Shown here piece by piece: positions 55,688 through 64,000 of a stretch of DNA of 64,000 bases; the first letter of the stretch is position 1; each line of letters begins with the position of its first letter. The DNA comes from an uncultured virus (IMG/VR IMGVR_UViG_3300032138_000963). Lineage: Duplodnaviria; Heunggongvirae; Uroviricota; Caudoviricetes. The stretch lies in IMG/VR virus record IMGVR_UViG_3300032138_000963, one strand, 5' to 3'. Below the pieces are notes generated by a model, which was given only the letters and a program-made list of their open reading frames with translations, was not told the DNA's origin and searched no databases. The position numbers and the translations under genes were made by a program.

Positions 55688-55784
55688 TCGGGTCTATCAC
55701 AGGGGCATGATCCGTCTCGGACCATGTGCCCTGCGTCATTCGCGCTAGGGTTGACGTCAGGAATCGAATGGCTAGGATCCGCCG

Positions 55785-56009
55785 ATGAGATTCCGGAAGA
55801 AGACGACCCGCGCGCTCAAAACGCTGTTCTTCGGCATTGTGAATGGTGCGATCGAATACAAGATCGCCCGATCCAAAGCGGATCACGACGAACTCGTCGA
55901 CCGGATCGAGGCTCTCGAGACGATGAGGTCACATGCCTCCCACGCATTCGGGATGGTGATGGAGGACGAGTATCGGGCCGACCGCGAGGTCGACGAGACG
56001 CTTCACTAA
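55785..56009 (+). CDS. Possible small counter-strand protein
   Basis: AGGA SD before ATG; fills the gap; stop overlaps the stop of 56006..56293. Confidence 0.4.
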   Translation: MRFRKKTTRALKTLFFGIVNGAIEYKIARSKADHDELVDRIEALETMRSHASHAFGMVMEDEYRADREVDETLH

Positions 56010-56293
56010 TCGTCGTCGACGCCGTGCTCGTCGACCAGATCCTGAAGCTGCTGTTCGAATCCTCGTTCGTAGGGCCGGCCGCCCACGTCGACGCCGGCGA
56101 GCGCGTGCAGTAGCGCCAGGCCGAACAGGCTGTCGACGGCTACGTGGAATACGTCTTCTTCCCATCCGTCGGGTCGGTCATCGATCAATGCTCCGTCGAT
56201 CGATCCGGTACCATCACCGTTGAGAGTGATGACGGCAAAGTGTGAAAGTTCGATGGTGTTGGGTTGGCTGTCGCCTTCAATTTCGTCGGTCAT
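56006..56293 (-). CDS. Acidic hypothetical protein
   Basis: ATGA overlap; AAGGAG SD. Confidence 0.6.
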   Translation of the reverse strand: MTDEIEGDSQPNTIELSHFAVITLNGDGTGSIDGALIDDRPDGWEEDVFHVAVDSLFGLALLHALAGVDVGGRPYERGFEQQLQDLVDEHGVDDD

Positions 56294-56472
56294 GACTCCT
56301 TCTTCTTTCGTTGCTGATCCAGCTTTGCCTGGACGAAAAGTTTCGCATCGTCTTCAGATCCAAAGTAGGCGATGATCCCCGCCTTGGCCTCATCGATTAC
56401 CCCAACCCCCTCGCCTCTGAGAAAAGGGTTCAGGTTGGGGCAGTCGTCTATCCAATACTGCTGGTCACTCAT
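56290..56472 (-). CDS. Small hypothetical protein
   Basis: Packed ORF starting MSDQQYW. Confidence 0.55.
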   Translation of the reverse strand: MSDQQYWIDDCPNLNPFLRGEGVGVIDEAKAGIIAYFGSEDDAKLFVQAKLDQQRKKKES

Positions 56473-56474
56473 CG

Positions 56475-56774
56475 CTACTTGATTTTCTTCAGCGCCACAA
56501 CGATGAATACCATCGCAAGGGCGAAGATCATGGAGGCGTCGGTGATGCTGTCGGCAATGGGCTGCGTGTCGACCGTGACATTGACGTCGGCGGGCGCAAC
56601 GACCACGGCGCTGTCGTGCACCGATGAAGCGCACGGCGATCCCATGAGGGAAGCAATGGCGCACTCAGCATTGATGTCGTAGTGGACATCCACGTCTGGC
56701 TTGTCGACCATCTCGATGATGGTCTGTTCGCTGTGAATGTCCGTGAAGGTTGCGGGTTCGGTTTCTGGATTCAT
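56475..56774 (-). CDS. Protein with C-terminal TM
   Basis: MIFALAMVFIVVALKKIK. Confidence 0.65.
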   Translation of the reverse strand: MNPETEPATFTDIHSEQTIIEMVDKPDVDVHYDINAECAIASLMGSPCASSVHDSAVVVAPADVNVTVDTQPIADSITDASMIFALAMVFIVVALKKIK

Positions 56775-56784
56775 CGGTCATCTC

Positions 56785-56994
56785 TCATTCGTATGCGACC
56801 TGAACCTCGACGGCGGAACTGAAGCTCTCGGCAAGTAGGTCAATCTCACCTTCGGTGAGAGGATCTAGATCTCCCTCTTCGGCATCGTATGTGGCTGCCG
56901 ATTGAATTTCAATCGGAGCCTCATCGCGGGAGACGCTCCAGCTCTGGAGAGCAGCCGCTATGGTGCGCATCTCTGGGATGGTCAGCTTACGCAT
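56785..56994 (-). CDS. Small hypothetical protein
   Basis: Packed ORF. Confidence 0.55.
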   Translation of the reverse strand: MRKLTIPEMRTIAAALQSWSVSRDEAPIEIQSAATYDAEEGDLDPLTEGEIDLLAESFSSAVEVQVAYE

Positions 56995-57670
56995 CGCTTT
57001 GCTCCCATCCGTTGAGGCTTTCGTCTTTGAACTCGCCGGTCTTGTAGTCGATCTCGACTTGCACCTCAGCTCCGCGGTCTCCGTGACCCTCAGCGATTAC
57101 GACAATCGACTGCTGCCACTTACCCTCGCCGCCATGCTCCTCGGCCCTGATCTCCTTGAGATCGCCGATGCCTGGGTCGAGCGTTTCCTGAATCTCCTTG
57201 TCATCCTCGTTGGGGTGGGACATCTGAACGACGAGCTGGATGAGGTCCATTCCATATTCCTCGGCGTACATGCTGTCGATGTACCAGCCCTCCACCGGCT
57301 CCTTGGGCCTTTCGTCTTCGACGACGGCGATTCTCACTGGCTCATCCTTGCCATCTTCCTCTACGTCTTTTCCCTCGCCAGCGTAGTCTCCGTGCTCGAG
57401 CCGATAGACGACCTGCGGGTTCAGCACGTCACCCTCGAAGTATTCCGTCAGTGCGATGAACTGGTATTTTCCGAACGTGGCAAACGTCGGATGCTCGTAG
57501 ACGGCGAGGTCGCCTGGCGCGACATCGTTTCCGTCTTTGTCGACAACGCACAGACGATGGCAGCCCCGTTGGTCGATTTGGTACGCGACCAGAATCGTTG
57601 CTTCGTCATCGACGAAACGGTAGATGTTCTGGGTCCGCCAGACGCGAACGATTTCAGCCTTGGTGCGCAT
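56987..57670 (-). CDS. Acidic hypothetical protein
   Basis: Packed ORF; start overlaps the upstream stop. Confidence 0.65.
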   Translation of the reverse strand: MRTKAEIVRVWRTQNIYRFVDDEATILVAYQIDQRGCHRLCVVDKDGNDVAPGDLAVYEHPTFATFGKYQFIALTEYFEGDVLNPQVVYRLEHGDYAGEGKDVEEDGKDEPVRIAVVEDERPKEPVEGWYIDSMYAEEYGMDLIQLVVQMSHPNEDDKEIQETLDPGIGDLKEIRAEEHGGEGKWQQSIVVIAEGHGDRGAEVQVEIDYKTGEFKDESLNGWEQSDA

Positions 57671-57990
57671 CACGATTCCTCTTGTTCGGGCAGAACCTGA
57701 AAGTACTTGATCTGCATGTCGGGGATGATGGTGCCGTCCTCGTCCCATTTGATGGCTGCAACGACGCCGAGGTCGGCGTGAACGTGGACGGCAACGATCT
57801 CCGCGACCGCATCTTTGCCGCCCGGAATGTTGCCGTAGTCGCCGACGAACTTCCCGGTTTCGACGTCGGAGGGGTCATCGTATTTCCAGATCGGGCCGTT
57901 GTTCTTGTGCCACCTGGGCCATTCGCTCACCTCTTCGGTGAGGCGAACCTTTCGGCCAACGAGGTTGGTGTGAATTTGCTTCTTGCTCAT
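57670..57990 (-). CDS. Hypothetical protein
   Basis: Packed ORF. Confidence 0.6.
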   Translation of the reverse strand: MSKKQIHTNLVGRKVRLTEEVSEWPRWHKNNGPIWKYDDPSDVETGKFVGDYGNIPGGKDAVAEIVAVHVHADLGVVAAIKWDEDGTIIPDMQIKYFQVLPEQEES

Positions 57991-58320
57991 TTACGCTCCT
58001 GGTCCCAGTGGGAGATTTTCTGAGGCCTCGAGCCTCGAATCCTCATCGCAGAACTCGTCATAGGACATCCCCTCACACGCCGGCTGAAGTTCCATCCATG
58101 GCACTAACCGCGGATTTTCTTCGCCTTCCAGTTGCAGCTCCGTGTGGTCATTGCAGTCGTGGCACCAGGTGTGACCGCATTCGGACTCCTCATGGTCCCC
58201 GACGCATGAGATGAGCTTTTGCGTATTGGGATCAGCCCAATAGGCGCGCTCGATTCTCGAGCCTCCACATTTTCGGCAGCTCCATTTCTTCTTGGCGGTC
58301 TCAGTTTGCTTCTTGCTCAT
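57991..58320 (-). CDS. Zn-ribbon protein
   Basis: CRKCGG...WADPNT...WCHDC. Confidence 0.65.
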   Translation of the reverse strand: MSKKQTETAKKKWSCRKCGGSRIERAYWADPNTQKLISCVGDHEESECGHTWCHDCNDHTELQLEGEENPRLVPWMELQPACEGMSYDEFCDEDSRLEASENLPLGPGA

Positions 58321-58898
58321 GGCTTCTTTTTGGCTTTCAGCTTGCGCCCGCAGTTCTTGCAGCGCCGCTTTCCGGTCTTCTTGCTCTTGACGATCTTCGG
58401 ATCGTCGCAGCACTTCTTTTTCTTCCCCGAGGCCTTCTTCTTCGCCTTCTTCTTTCCGCTCGAAGTGGGCGGCTTCACCTCCGGTGGTGGGGGCGCGGAG
58501 GGGGCTGACGCGGCCGGAGTTGCGTTTTCTAGCGCCTCGCCATTGAGGATGATCGGTCGTTCGGTCAGCACCTTCTTGACCCTGGTGGGCCCTGTAGATC
58601 TCCATAGGTAAAGTCGATAGCCGCCTTTCGGATGCCAGCGCTGTTCGAAATCGAGTAGGCCGGCCTGATACATCCAAGGGAGCGCATCCGCGACATTGTT
58701 GCTGTTGAACCTTCGTTTTCCAGCGCCCTCGTAGAGATCGATCAAGCGCTTGGCCATGTCTTGACTCTCGAGGTTCTCATGGTCGCCGAGCTGCGGGAAG
58801 GTCTCGATCAGGAACTCGCAGATATCCACGGGCGGCGGCTCGTACTCCTGGCCGATCGGATACTTTCGTCCCGAGCTGGATGTGGCGCTGAGCGTCAT
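58317..58898 (-). CDS. Hypothetical protein with C-terminal basic Cys motif
   Basis: KKCCDDP...RCKNCG. Confidence 0.65.
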   Translation of the reverse strand: MTLSATSSSGRKYPIGQEYEPPPVDICEFLIETFPQLGDHENLESQDMAKRLIDLYEGAGKRRFNSNNVADALPWMYQAGLLDFEQRWHPKGGYRLYLWRSTGPTRVKKVLTERPIILNGEALENATPAASAPSAPPPPEVKPPTSSGKKKAKKKASGKKKKCCDDPKIVKSKKTGKRRCKNCGRKLKAKKKP

Positions 58899-59158
58899 GA
58901 GATCTCTTGGGCTCGCTCGCTTGGAGGCGTGTGCGGCACTGGAGTTCGCCTCATCAACGTGACCGAGCCAGAGTCGGCATGAAGGATGCGGATCATTTCT
59001 GCGTCCGCATCGGCAGGCACAACTTCAACGAGTCCGCCGTCGTCATCCTCGTTGAACGAGATTCGGACGTGGACTCCATTCGGGAGGATGATGTCGGTGT
59101 ACTCGCACGGCAGAGTCAACTCCGTCGTGCCGGTTCGTAGTTCGATTCGTTCGGCCAT
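58895..59158 (-). CDS. Hypothetical protein
   Basis: Packed ORF. Confidence 0.6.
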   Translation of the reverse strand: MAERIELRTGTTELTLPCEYTDIILPNGVHVRISFNEDDDGGLVEVVPADADAEMIRILHADSGSVTLMRRTPVPHTPPSERAQEIS

Positions 59159-59172
59159 CGTCGTTGCTCCTA

Positions 59173-59499
59173 TCAGAAATCGGCGCAGTTTTCACACCGC
59201 TCGTCCTCGTCTGAGTCGAGTACCGGATCTTCGATATCCTCGTTACACTTGACGCAAATCTTTTGCGCAGGGGGTGCCCCCAGATGCTTCCGGATCAGCG
59301 CGCCGACAGCTCGGGACAGGTGCGCAAGCTTTCGTCCATCGACCGGCTCATCATCTTCGATGTAGTAGTGGAACCCGAGGTGGACGATCTGCTGCCCCTC
59401 CTTTTTACCGATTACGTCGTAGTGAGCGATTAGTCCTTCGCCGTCAGTGCCGCGGTTTCTTGTGCTGCTCTCGTGATTGTCCCAGTCGATCTCCATCAT
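59173..59499 (-). CDS. Hypothetical protein with C-terminal Zn finger
   Basis: CVKC...CENC. Confidence 0.6.
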   Translation of the reverse strand: MMEIDWDNHESSTRNRGTDGEGLIAHYDVIGKKEGQQIVHLGFHYYIEDDEPVDGRKLAHLSRAVGALIRKHLGAPPAQKICVKCNEDIEDPVLDSDEDERCENCADF

Positions 59500-59924
59500 T
59501 CTCTCCGTTCGCGTTTTTCGATCCAGGTATTTGCCTCGGATGCGATCTCTTCATCTGACATGTTGGCGAGCTTCTTCTTGCAGCGCCTTGCATGCTTCGT
59601 ATTTCGTACGACGTGGCGCTCCATTTCGGGGCCGTCGATATCATCCTTACCGGTGCTCTCCTTGAGGCATTCGAGGAAAACGACGACCTTGTGCATGCCT
59701 GAGAGCTGCTCTTTCGCCTCATGCATGTCGACCCCAAGCTCCATGATCTCCTCGACGTCCAGCGTGCCCTCGAGTCTGTCGGCCGCCTTGAAGTCTTCGT
59801 CGATGTCCGCCTCTGGCGCCTTCGTTTCGAGGGGTGGAGACTCTCTGACTGCGGGCTCTGGGTATTCCTCAGGGCCGGAAGGTCCGCATGCGGAAAGAAG
59901 TATGAGAATCGAGAGTCGCTTCAC
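59496..59924 (-). CDS. Putative lipoprotein
   Basis: GTG start; MKRLSILILLSAC lipobox. Confidence 0.65.
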   Translation of the reverse strand: MKRLSILILLSACGPSGPEEYPEPAVRESPPLETKAPEADIDEDFKAADRLEGTLDVEEIMELGVDMHEAKEQLSGMHKVVVFLECLKESTGKDDIDGPEMERHVVRNTKHARRCKKKLANMSDEEIASEANTWIEKRERRE

Positions 59925-61690
59925 TGGTTGGCCTTCGCGTGGATGAGTTTGATGACCATCGCCGCCGCCTGTCTCTTGGCCAGCTTCTTCGACGCCTTCG
60001 GCGGGGATTTGACGGAGAAGTCCAATGCTTCGCAAGCGACGGTAAACGTGGGCTCGTGGTCGGAGCCTCCATCGCGGAGTGATTCGTAGGTCGGAAGCTC
60101 GGCACCGATACCCTGGCAGTACTCACTCAGCTCACCGACTGGATTGTCGGATTGCCGAGATGGAAGCGGTCGCTTCTCTTTGGCTTGCTCGGCAGCCTCG
60201 GGCCACGGCGGCAGTGTCTCGTCGGCGAACTTTGCTAGCGCCTCGACGACCGCTCGTTGCTTGGCGACCTTGCTGCTTGGCGCCTGCACCTTGGGCGATT
60301 CGACGCCGGGCTTCTTGAACCAAACTTGCACCGTGTGGACGATGGCGTGATCGGATCCTCCTCGCTGAACCTTGTAGCTCGGCTCGCCCCAGCCGTCTGT
60401 TTGTGATGCGATCGCTGCAATGGATATCGCCTTATGCGGATGCTCGGCCAAGTGTTCGATAATAGCCTTACGAACTGGCGCCCACTCCGGCGTCGACTTG
60501 AACAGGATGAACTGCATGTCGACAAGGGTTGCCGCGCCTTCCCGAAGCCTGCGCAAGAAGACCTCCGCAACGAAGGGATTGAAGCCCTCGCCTCGAACGG
60601 CGACCTTGACCACGCGCTCGAACTCTTTGTCCGAAAGGTGTGCGAGGTCGTCTTTTCGGATCGCTGATTCCGCTTGTCGATTCGCTCGCTCGAGCGCAGC
60701 TTGCGAGGCCTCTTTCGCCCTTGCTGCGAGTGTGGTGTTGATGTGTTCGGAGATCTCGTCGACCTCCGCAGTGCTGTAGAGGAGCTTGTTCCCTCCAACG
60801 AATGCGAGAACCTGGCGCTGAACGATGAGATCGGCGAAGCGCCGAATCGGCGATGTGCCGTGAAGGTACGCGGGAAGGTTGAGGCCGTAGTGACCTTTGA
60901 GCTTCGTCCCGTAGTTCGCCTTGTTCATCACCATGGCGAATTGCTTTCGCGCGGTGTCGAGGTCTGCGACTGGACCACGGAGCCCTAAGTCGATTCGCTC
61001 GAGCATCGCCTCTCGTTCTGGGGCAGCAGCTCGGGCCGTGTGATTCCTGAACGGTACGGGTATTTCGTTTTCGACGCAGAATCTCGCAAGCTCAGCATTG
61101 GCCAAGATCATCAGCTCCTGAACGATGATGTAGCCGAATGTTTCCTTGGTGTCTTTCAGGCGGCGAAGGTAGCCCTCTTCGCTCGTGACCCATCCAGTGC
61201 TCAGATCGTAGAGCACGAACGCTCCGGCCTTGCGTCGCTTTTCCATCAGCCGATCTGCCAGCCGGCCGAGGCGCGCGATTGCTGAGTGAAGCTCGTGGTC
61301 CTCGGCGTTGAGGATCCCAGGAATCTCCTGGTAGGTCAGCTGCCTCTTGCTGACGAGCGTGGACTCGTCGATGGAAACGAACTGCGGCTCGAGGTCGTGG
61401 TCCAGCCGGATTCGGATCGCCATCACGCGCCTCTCCTGGCCCTGAGTGATGGAGCACGCCGCCTCAGAGAAGCGTCGGGGCAGCATGGGGCGATTGCGGC
61501 CGCCAGCCATGTAGCTCGTCTCCACGCGCCTGTGAGCGGTCTCGTCGCTCGGTGAGCCCCTGGTGATGGCTGCTGCCACGTCCGCGATGCAGACCGTCAC
61601 CGTCCAGCCTCGCGCGTCCAGGTCAGCCCAGATTGCGTCGTCTCGGTCGCGCGTCGTCGAGCCGTCGATTGTGATTCCCTGAACGTCCAT
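59921..61690 (-). CDS. RNase II/R-family (RNB) exoribonuclease with two C-terminal dsRNA-binding domains
   Basis: ITIDGSTTRDRDDAI, VCIADV, ELMILAN, GHYGL...YLHGTSPIRRFADL; two dsRBD-like units ending SSKVAKQRA and SKKLAKRQAA. Confidence 0.88.
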   Translation of the reverse strand: MDVQGITIDGSTTRDRDDAIWADLDARGWTVTVCIADVAAAITRGSPSDETAHRRVETSYMAGGRNRPMLPRRFSEAACSITQGQERRVMAIRIRLDHDLEPQFVSIDESTLVSKRQLTYQEIPGILNAEDHELHSAIARLGRLADRLMEKRRKAGAFVLYDLSTGWVTSEEGYLRRLKDTKETFGYIIVQELMILANAELARFCVENEIPVPFRNHTARAAAPEREAMLERIDLGLRGPVADLDTARKQFAMVMNKANYGTKLKGHYGLNLPAYLHGTSPIRRFADLIVQRQVLAFVGGNKLLYSTAEVDEISEHINTTLAARAKEASQAALERANRQAESAIRKDDLAHLSDKEFERVVKVAVRGEGFNPFVAEVFLRRLREGAATLVDMQFILFKSTPEWAPVRKAIIEHLAEHPHKAISIAAIASQTDGWGEPSYKVQRGGSDHAIVHTVQVWFKKPGVESPKVQAPSSKVAKQRAVVEALAKFADETLPPWPEAAEQAKEKRPLPSRQSDNPVGELSEYCQGIGAELPTYESLRDGGSDHEPTFTVACEALDFSVKSPPKASKKLAKRQAAAMVIKLIHAKANQ

Positions 61691-61692
61691 TC

Positions 61693-61890
61693 TTATGGAT
61701 TATCTCCGAGCGGGCCAACGATGAAACGCTGCCGTGTGTTCTCCGATGCGTCCACGCCTGGCAGGACGGTTTCGAGCGAATGCTTCACAGCACTCTCGAT
61801 GAGCAGCTCTGCCTCTTCGAGAGTGCTGGCGAATATGCGAAGTTGAATTGTCGCAGATCCTCGAAACGGGAGTTGATCGTCATCAGCCAT
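61693..61890 (-). CDS. Small hypothetical protein
   Basis: Packed ORF. Confidence 0.55.
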   Translation of the reverse strand: MADDDQLPFRGSATIQLRIFASTLEEAELLIESAVKHSLETVLPGVDASENTRQRFIVGPLGDNP

Positions 61891-61895
61891 ACTGC

Positions 61896-62717
61896 CTATG
61901 CGCCCCAGATCCAGGTCTTACCGATCTCCCCTCGAGCAAGCCCTCGTCCCTCTCTGCAGGCCCGAGCGCCCTGGCGTCGAACCTCGCGCTCCCAGCTCCG
62001 GCGATTGCTTCCATAGCCGGGAAAGATGTCGATGAGAGCGACGTCGGCAGTGAGGGTTGGAACGATCTGGTGGGCGTCTCCGATAATGGTTTCGACGGTT
62101 GTGCCATGAAGATCGAGTTTGGGCAAGATCCACTCGACGAGTTCTTCATCTTCCTCGACGAGGGTCACCTTCTTGACGTTGCGCTTCGCGCAAACCTGCT
62201 CGAGCTGGTAACCCATACCAAGACCAGCGACCACAGTGTGACCTCGAGCCATCCGGATGCCGGGCCGGAGAGAGAAGAATTCCATGGGGGTGAAAGACAT
62301 CCAGGGGTCGCTGCCCCAATACACGCCGCCCTCGCGCTGCTTGCCACGATGGAGCATTGGGATGAGGACTTCGGAATCGAAGCAGATCGCCCCCCGCTTG
62401 TTGCCAGAGAAAATCGGAAGCGTTCCCCCGGCTTCGATGAGTCGCTCTCGATATCCCCACCTTCCGCTTGGGGATACGGCGAACTTTCGCTTCGATTTCC
62501 TGTAGCAGGCGTTAGGATCTCGCTCCGACGCGCTGCTCGGCTTGACCTTGAAGAGGCTTGGCTGCTTGTAGGTCTCCCCCTGAATCTTCAGGCTCGGCTC
62601 GAACTTCATGTTTGGATCCCACGGGACGGAATCTACTTCCTTCGCCTCGGCATGCCGCCGCTCTGCCAGATCGTCAGCATCGCGCTCTCGTTGTGTTCGC
62701 GTATCGAAGAAAAACAC
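61896..62717 (-). CDS. SAM-dependent methyltransferase (spermidine-synthase-like fold)
   Basis: ARGHTVVAGLGMGY...VTLVEEDEELV...IIGDA...DVALIDIF. Confidence 0.75.
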   Translation of the reverse strand: MFFFDTRTQRERDADDLAERRHAEAKEVDSVPWDPNMKFEPSLKIQGETYKQPSLFKVKPSSASERDPNACYRKSKRKFAVSPSGRWGYRERLIEAGGTLPIFSGNKRGAICFDSEVLIPMLHRGKQREGGVYWGSDPWMSFTPMEFFSLRPGIRMARGHTVVAGLGMGYQLEQVCAKRNVKKVTLVEEDEELVEWILPKLDLHGTTVETIIGDAHQIVPTLTADVALIDIFPGYGSNRRSWEREVRRQGARACREGRGLARGEIGKTWIWGA

Positions 62718-62814
62718 CTTTCACTCCTCCTTCTTGGGCATGAACTTGTCCATGTTGACGGTGATGAAGAGCATCGCCGAAGCGATGACTCCGGCGAGTA
62801 TCTCTCCCCACATT

Positions 62815-63258
62815 CTAGTAGTCCTCTAGATTGCCCTGGGAATCCATGTTGCAGATCTGCGATCCCGTTGCGAGAAGCAGTGCCCAGAACAACAGCCGAA
62901 AATCTTCGAGGCCCTCCCCAAGCTTGACCCGGCTTGGCGGGACGTAGCCTCGTTCGAGTAGCCAGAGTAGATCCCCGAGTGGTACGCACCCCTGCTTTTC
63001 TCCCTCATCCTCGGTCGAGTAGGGCAAGAAAACATCGAGCACGACGGTGCGTGCGGCCATGCCTCGCGGCGTGACGAAGATGGGTCGGCGCTCGTCGACG
63101 ATGCAGTGCGGCGGGCACTGGTCGAGGTCTCCGGAGATGAATGCGTCGACTTCGTCATTCGACTCGACGAAGATGATCTCCTTGGTAGCCTTCTTCTGGT
63201 AATAAAAAAGGCCATCACTTGGATGGCCCAGATACTGGCAGACGTTTCGCTCAGACAT
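62815..63258 (-). CDS. Hypothetical protein
   Basis: Packed ORF. Confidence 0.6.
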   Translation of the reverse strand: MSERNVCQYLGHPSDGLFYYQKKATKEIIFVESNDEVDAFISGDLDQCPPHCIVDERRPIFVTPRGMAARTVVLDVFLPYSTEDEGEKQGCVPLGDLLWLLERGYVPPSRVKLGEGLEDFRLLFWALLLATGSQICNMDSQGNLEDY

Positions 63259-63560
63259 CAGTAATACCGTTTCGTTATCCCCATCCTGATGGCGAAGTCC
63301 AAAAGCGCCTTAGCGTCGTGCTCGTTGTCCATGCTCATCTTCTCCATGAAGTAACCAACGCCAAGGCTCTCGGTGGTCACATCGATGAAGAGAAACGAGA
63401 CGCCTCCAACATCCTGCTTTTTGAGCCAGGTCAACAGCTTTCCGCTGCCCGTGTTCGTCAGGGCGATGTAGTACCTGGCCCCGTTTCCAGGCTGCCAATC
63501 GAAGAGTCCTGCGGGCCCTTCGGCAAGGTGGGGCTCTCTTTTCTTTTGCGCTTCGCTCAT
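63258..63560 (-). CDS. Hypothetical protein
   Basis: SD AAAGGA; WQPGNGARY motif. Confidence 0.6.
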   Translation of the reverse strand: MSEAQKKREPHLAEGPAGLFDWQPGNGARYYIALTNTGSGKLLTWLKKQDVGGVSFLFIDVTTESLGVGYFMEKMSMDNEHDAKALLDFAIRMGITKRYY

Positions 63561-63760
63561 GATTGTCCTTTCCAGATTTTGAAGCACTCGCTCACGGCTT
63601 CGGAAAGCGTTTCGCCCCATCCGGTCGCGTCCTGTGACCCGCGAGTAGGCGCCTGAACAGTGACGCCTTCTCCGTCCGAAGCATCGATGTAGACGGACGA
63701 GGTGTAGTCCTTGGAGAACTCCACCATTTCCTCGAGCTTCTTGTACCAGGGCTGCGCCAT
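63557..63760 (-). CDS. Small HicB-like fold protein
   Basis: VTVQAP....ATGWGETLSEAV resembles the HicB N-terminal pattern. Confidence 0.4.
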   Translation of the reverse strand: MAQPWYKKLEEMVEFSKDYTSSVYIDASDGEGVTVQAPTRGSQDATGWGETLSEAVSECFKIWKGQS

Positions 63761-64000
63761 TATGCCGGCCCCATCCAGATGAGGTTTTCGTCGGCAAACT
63801 CGTAGACTTCCGCGAGGTATCCGTCAGCTTCTTGCTGGAGGTCGTACGGTTCCAGGTCGAGGATCTCGGTCAGGTATTCGGCGTAGAGCGTGTCGTCGAA
63901 TGCTGGACACTTGGAGATTTCCTCAGCGATCTTCTCGACGACTTCACGGGTAGTGAGATCGTCGTTGTCGAGGTGTTGCTTGATGTCGCAGGTTGTCTTC
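63760..64000 (-). CDS. 3' part of a CDS truncated by the window edge
   Basis: Open frame ...LAEVYEFADENLIWMGPA*; its TAA overlaps the next ATG. Confidence 0.6.
   Translation of the reverse strand, partial: KTTCDIKQHLDNDDLTTREVVEKIAEEISKCPAFDDTLYAEYLTEILDLEPYDLQQEADGYLAEVYEFADENLIWMGPA

Noticed and set aside
61848..62927. 359-aa + strand ORF
   Set aside because: It is antisense to the methyltransferase 61896..62717, which has clear motifs and fits the operon direction.

Overview
This GC-rich window (roughly 60% GC by eye) looks like part of a large prokaryotic dsDNA virus or virus-like element. It has two convergent, tightly packed arms that meet at a bidirectional terminator (~30754-30790). 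The + arm (1-30740) resembles a virion/structural module, but I recognise no terminase, portal, HK97 capsid, sheath or tape-measure gene in it. Instead it encodes about 20 proteins sharing an N-terminal hydrophobic anchor followed by a poly-Lys tract. These carry peptidoglycan-binding-like, LysM-like, SLT transglycosylase-like, chagasin-like and unknown Cys-containing domains. The arm also has four beta-rich proteins sharing an MT[QE]QY..IN N-terminus, basic proteins punctuated by xNP or RR[YF]xxA motifs, a Dps-like fusion protein and a histone H1-like protein. The - arm (30803-64000) is an early/accessory module. It contains a holin-like gene, FmdB Zn ribbon, dNMP kinase, dCTP deaminase, DUF1353, a thaumatin-like lipoprotein, a SLOG/MoCo-carrier-like protein, a DnaA-C HTH protein and an in-frame tyrosine recombinase::RadA(Sms)-ATPase fusion. 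It also has a second histone-like protein, two HNH nucleases, two methyltransferases, YegP-like, GP88-like and Nudix proteins, an RNB exoribonuclease with two dsRBDs, a tRNA-like RNA and many small ORFs. All assignments come from visual motif recognition; no searches were run.
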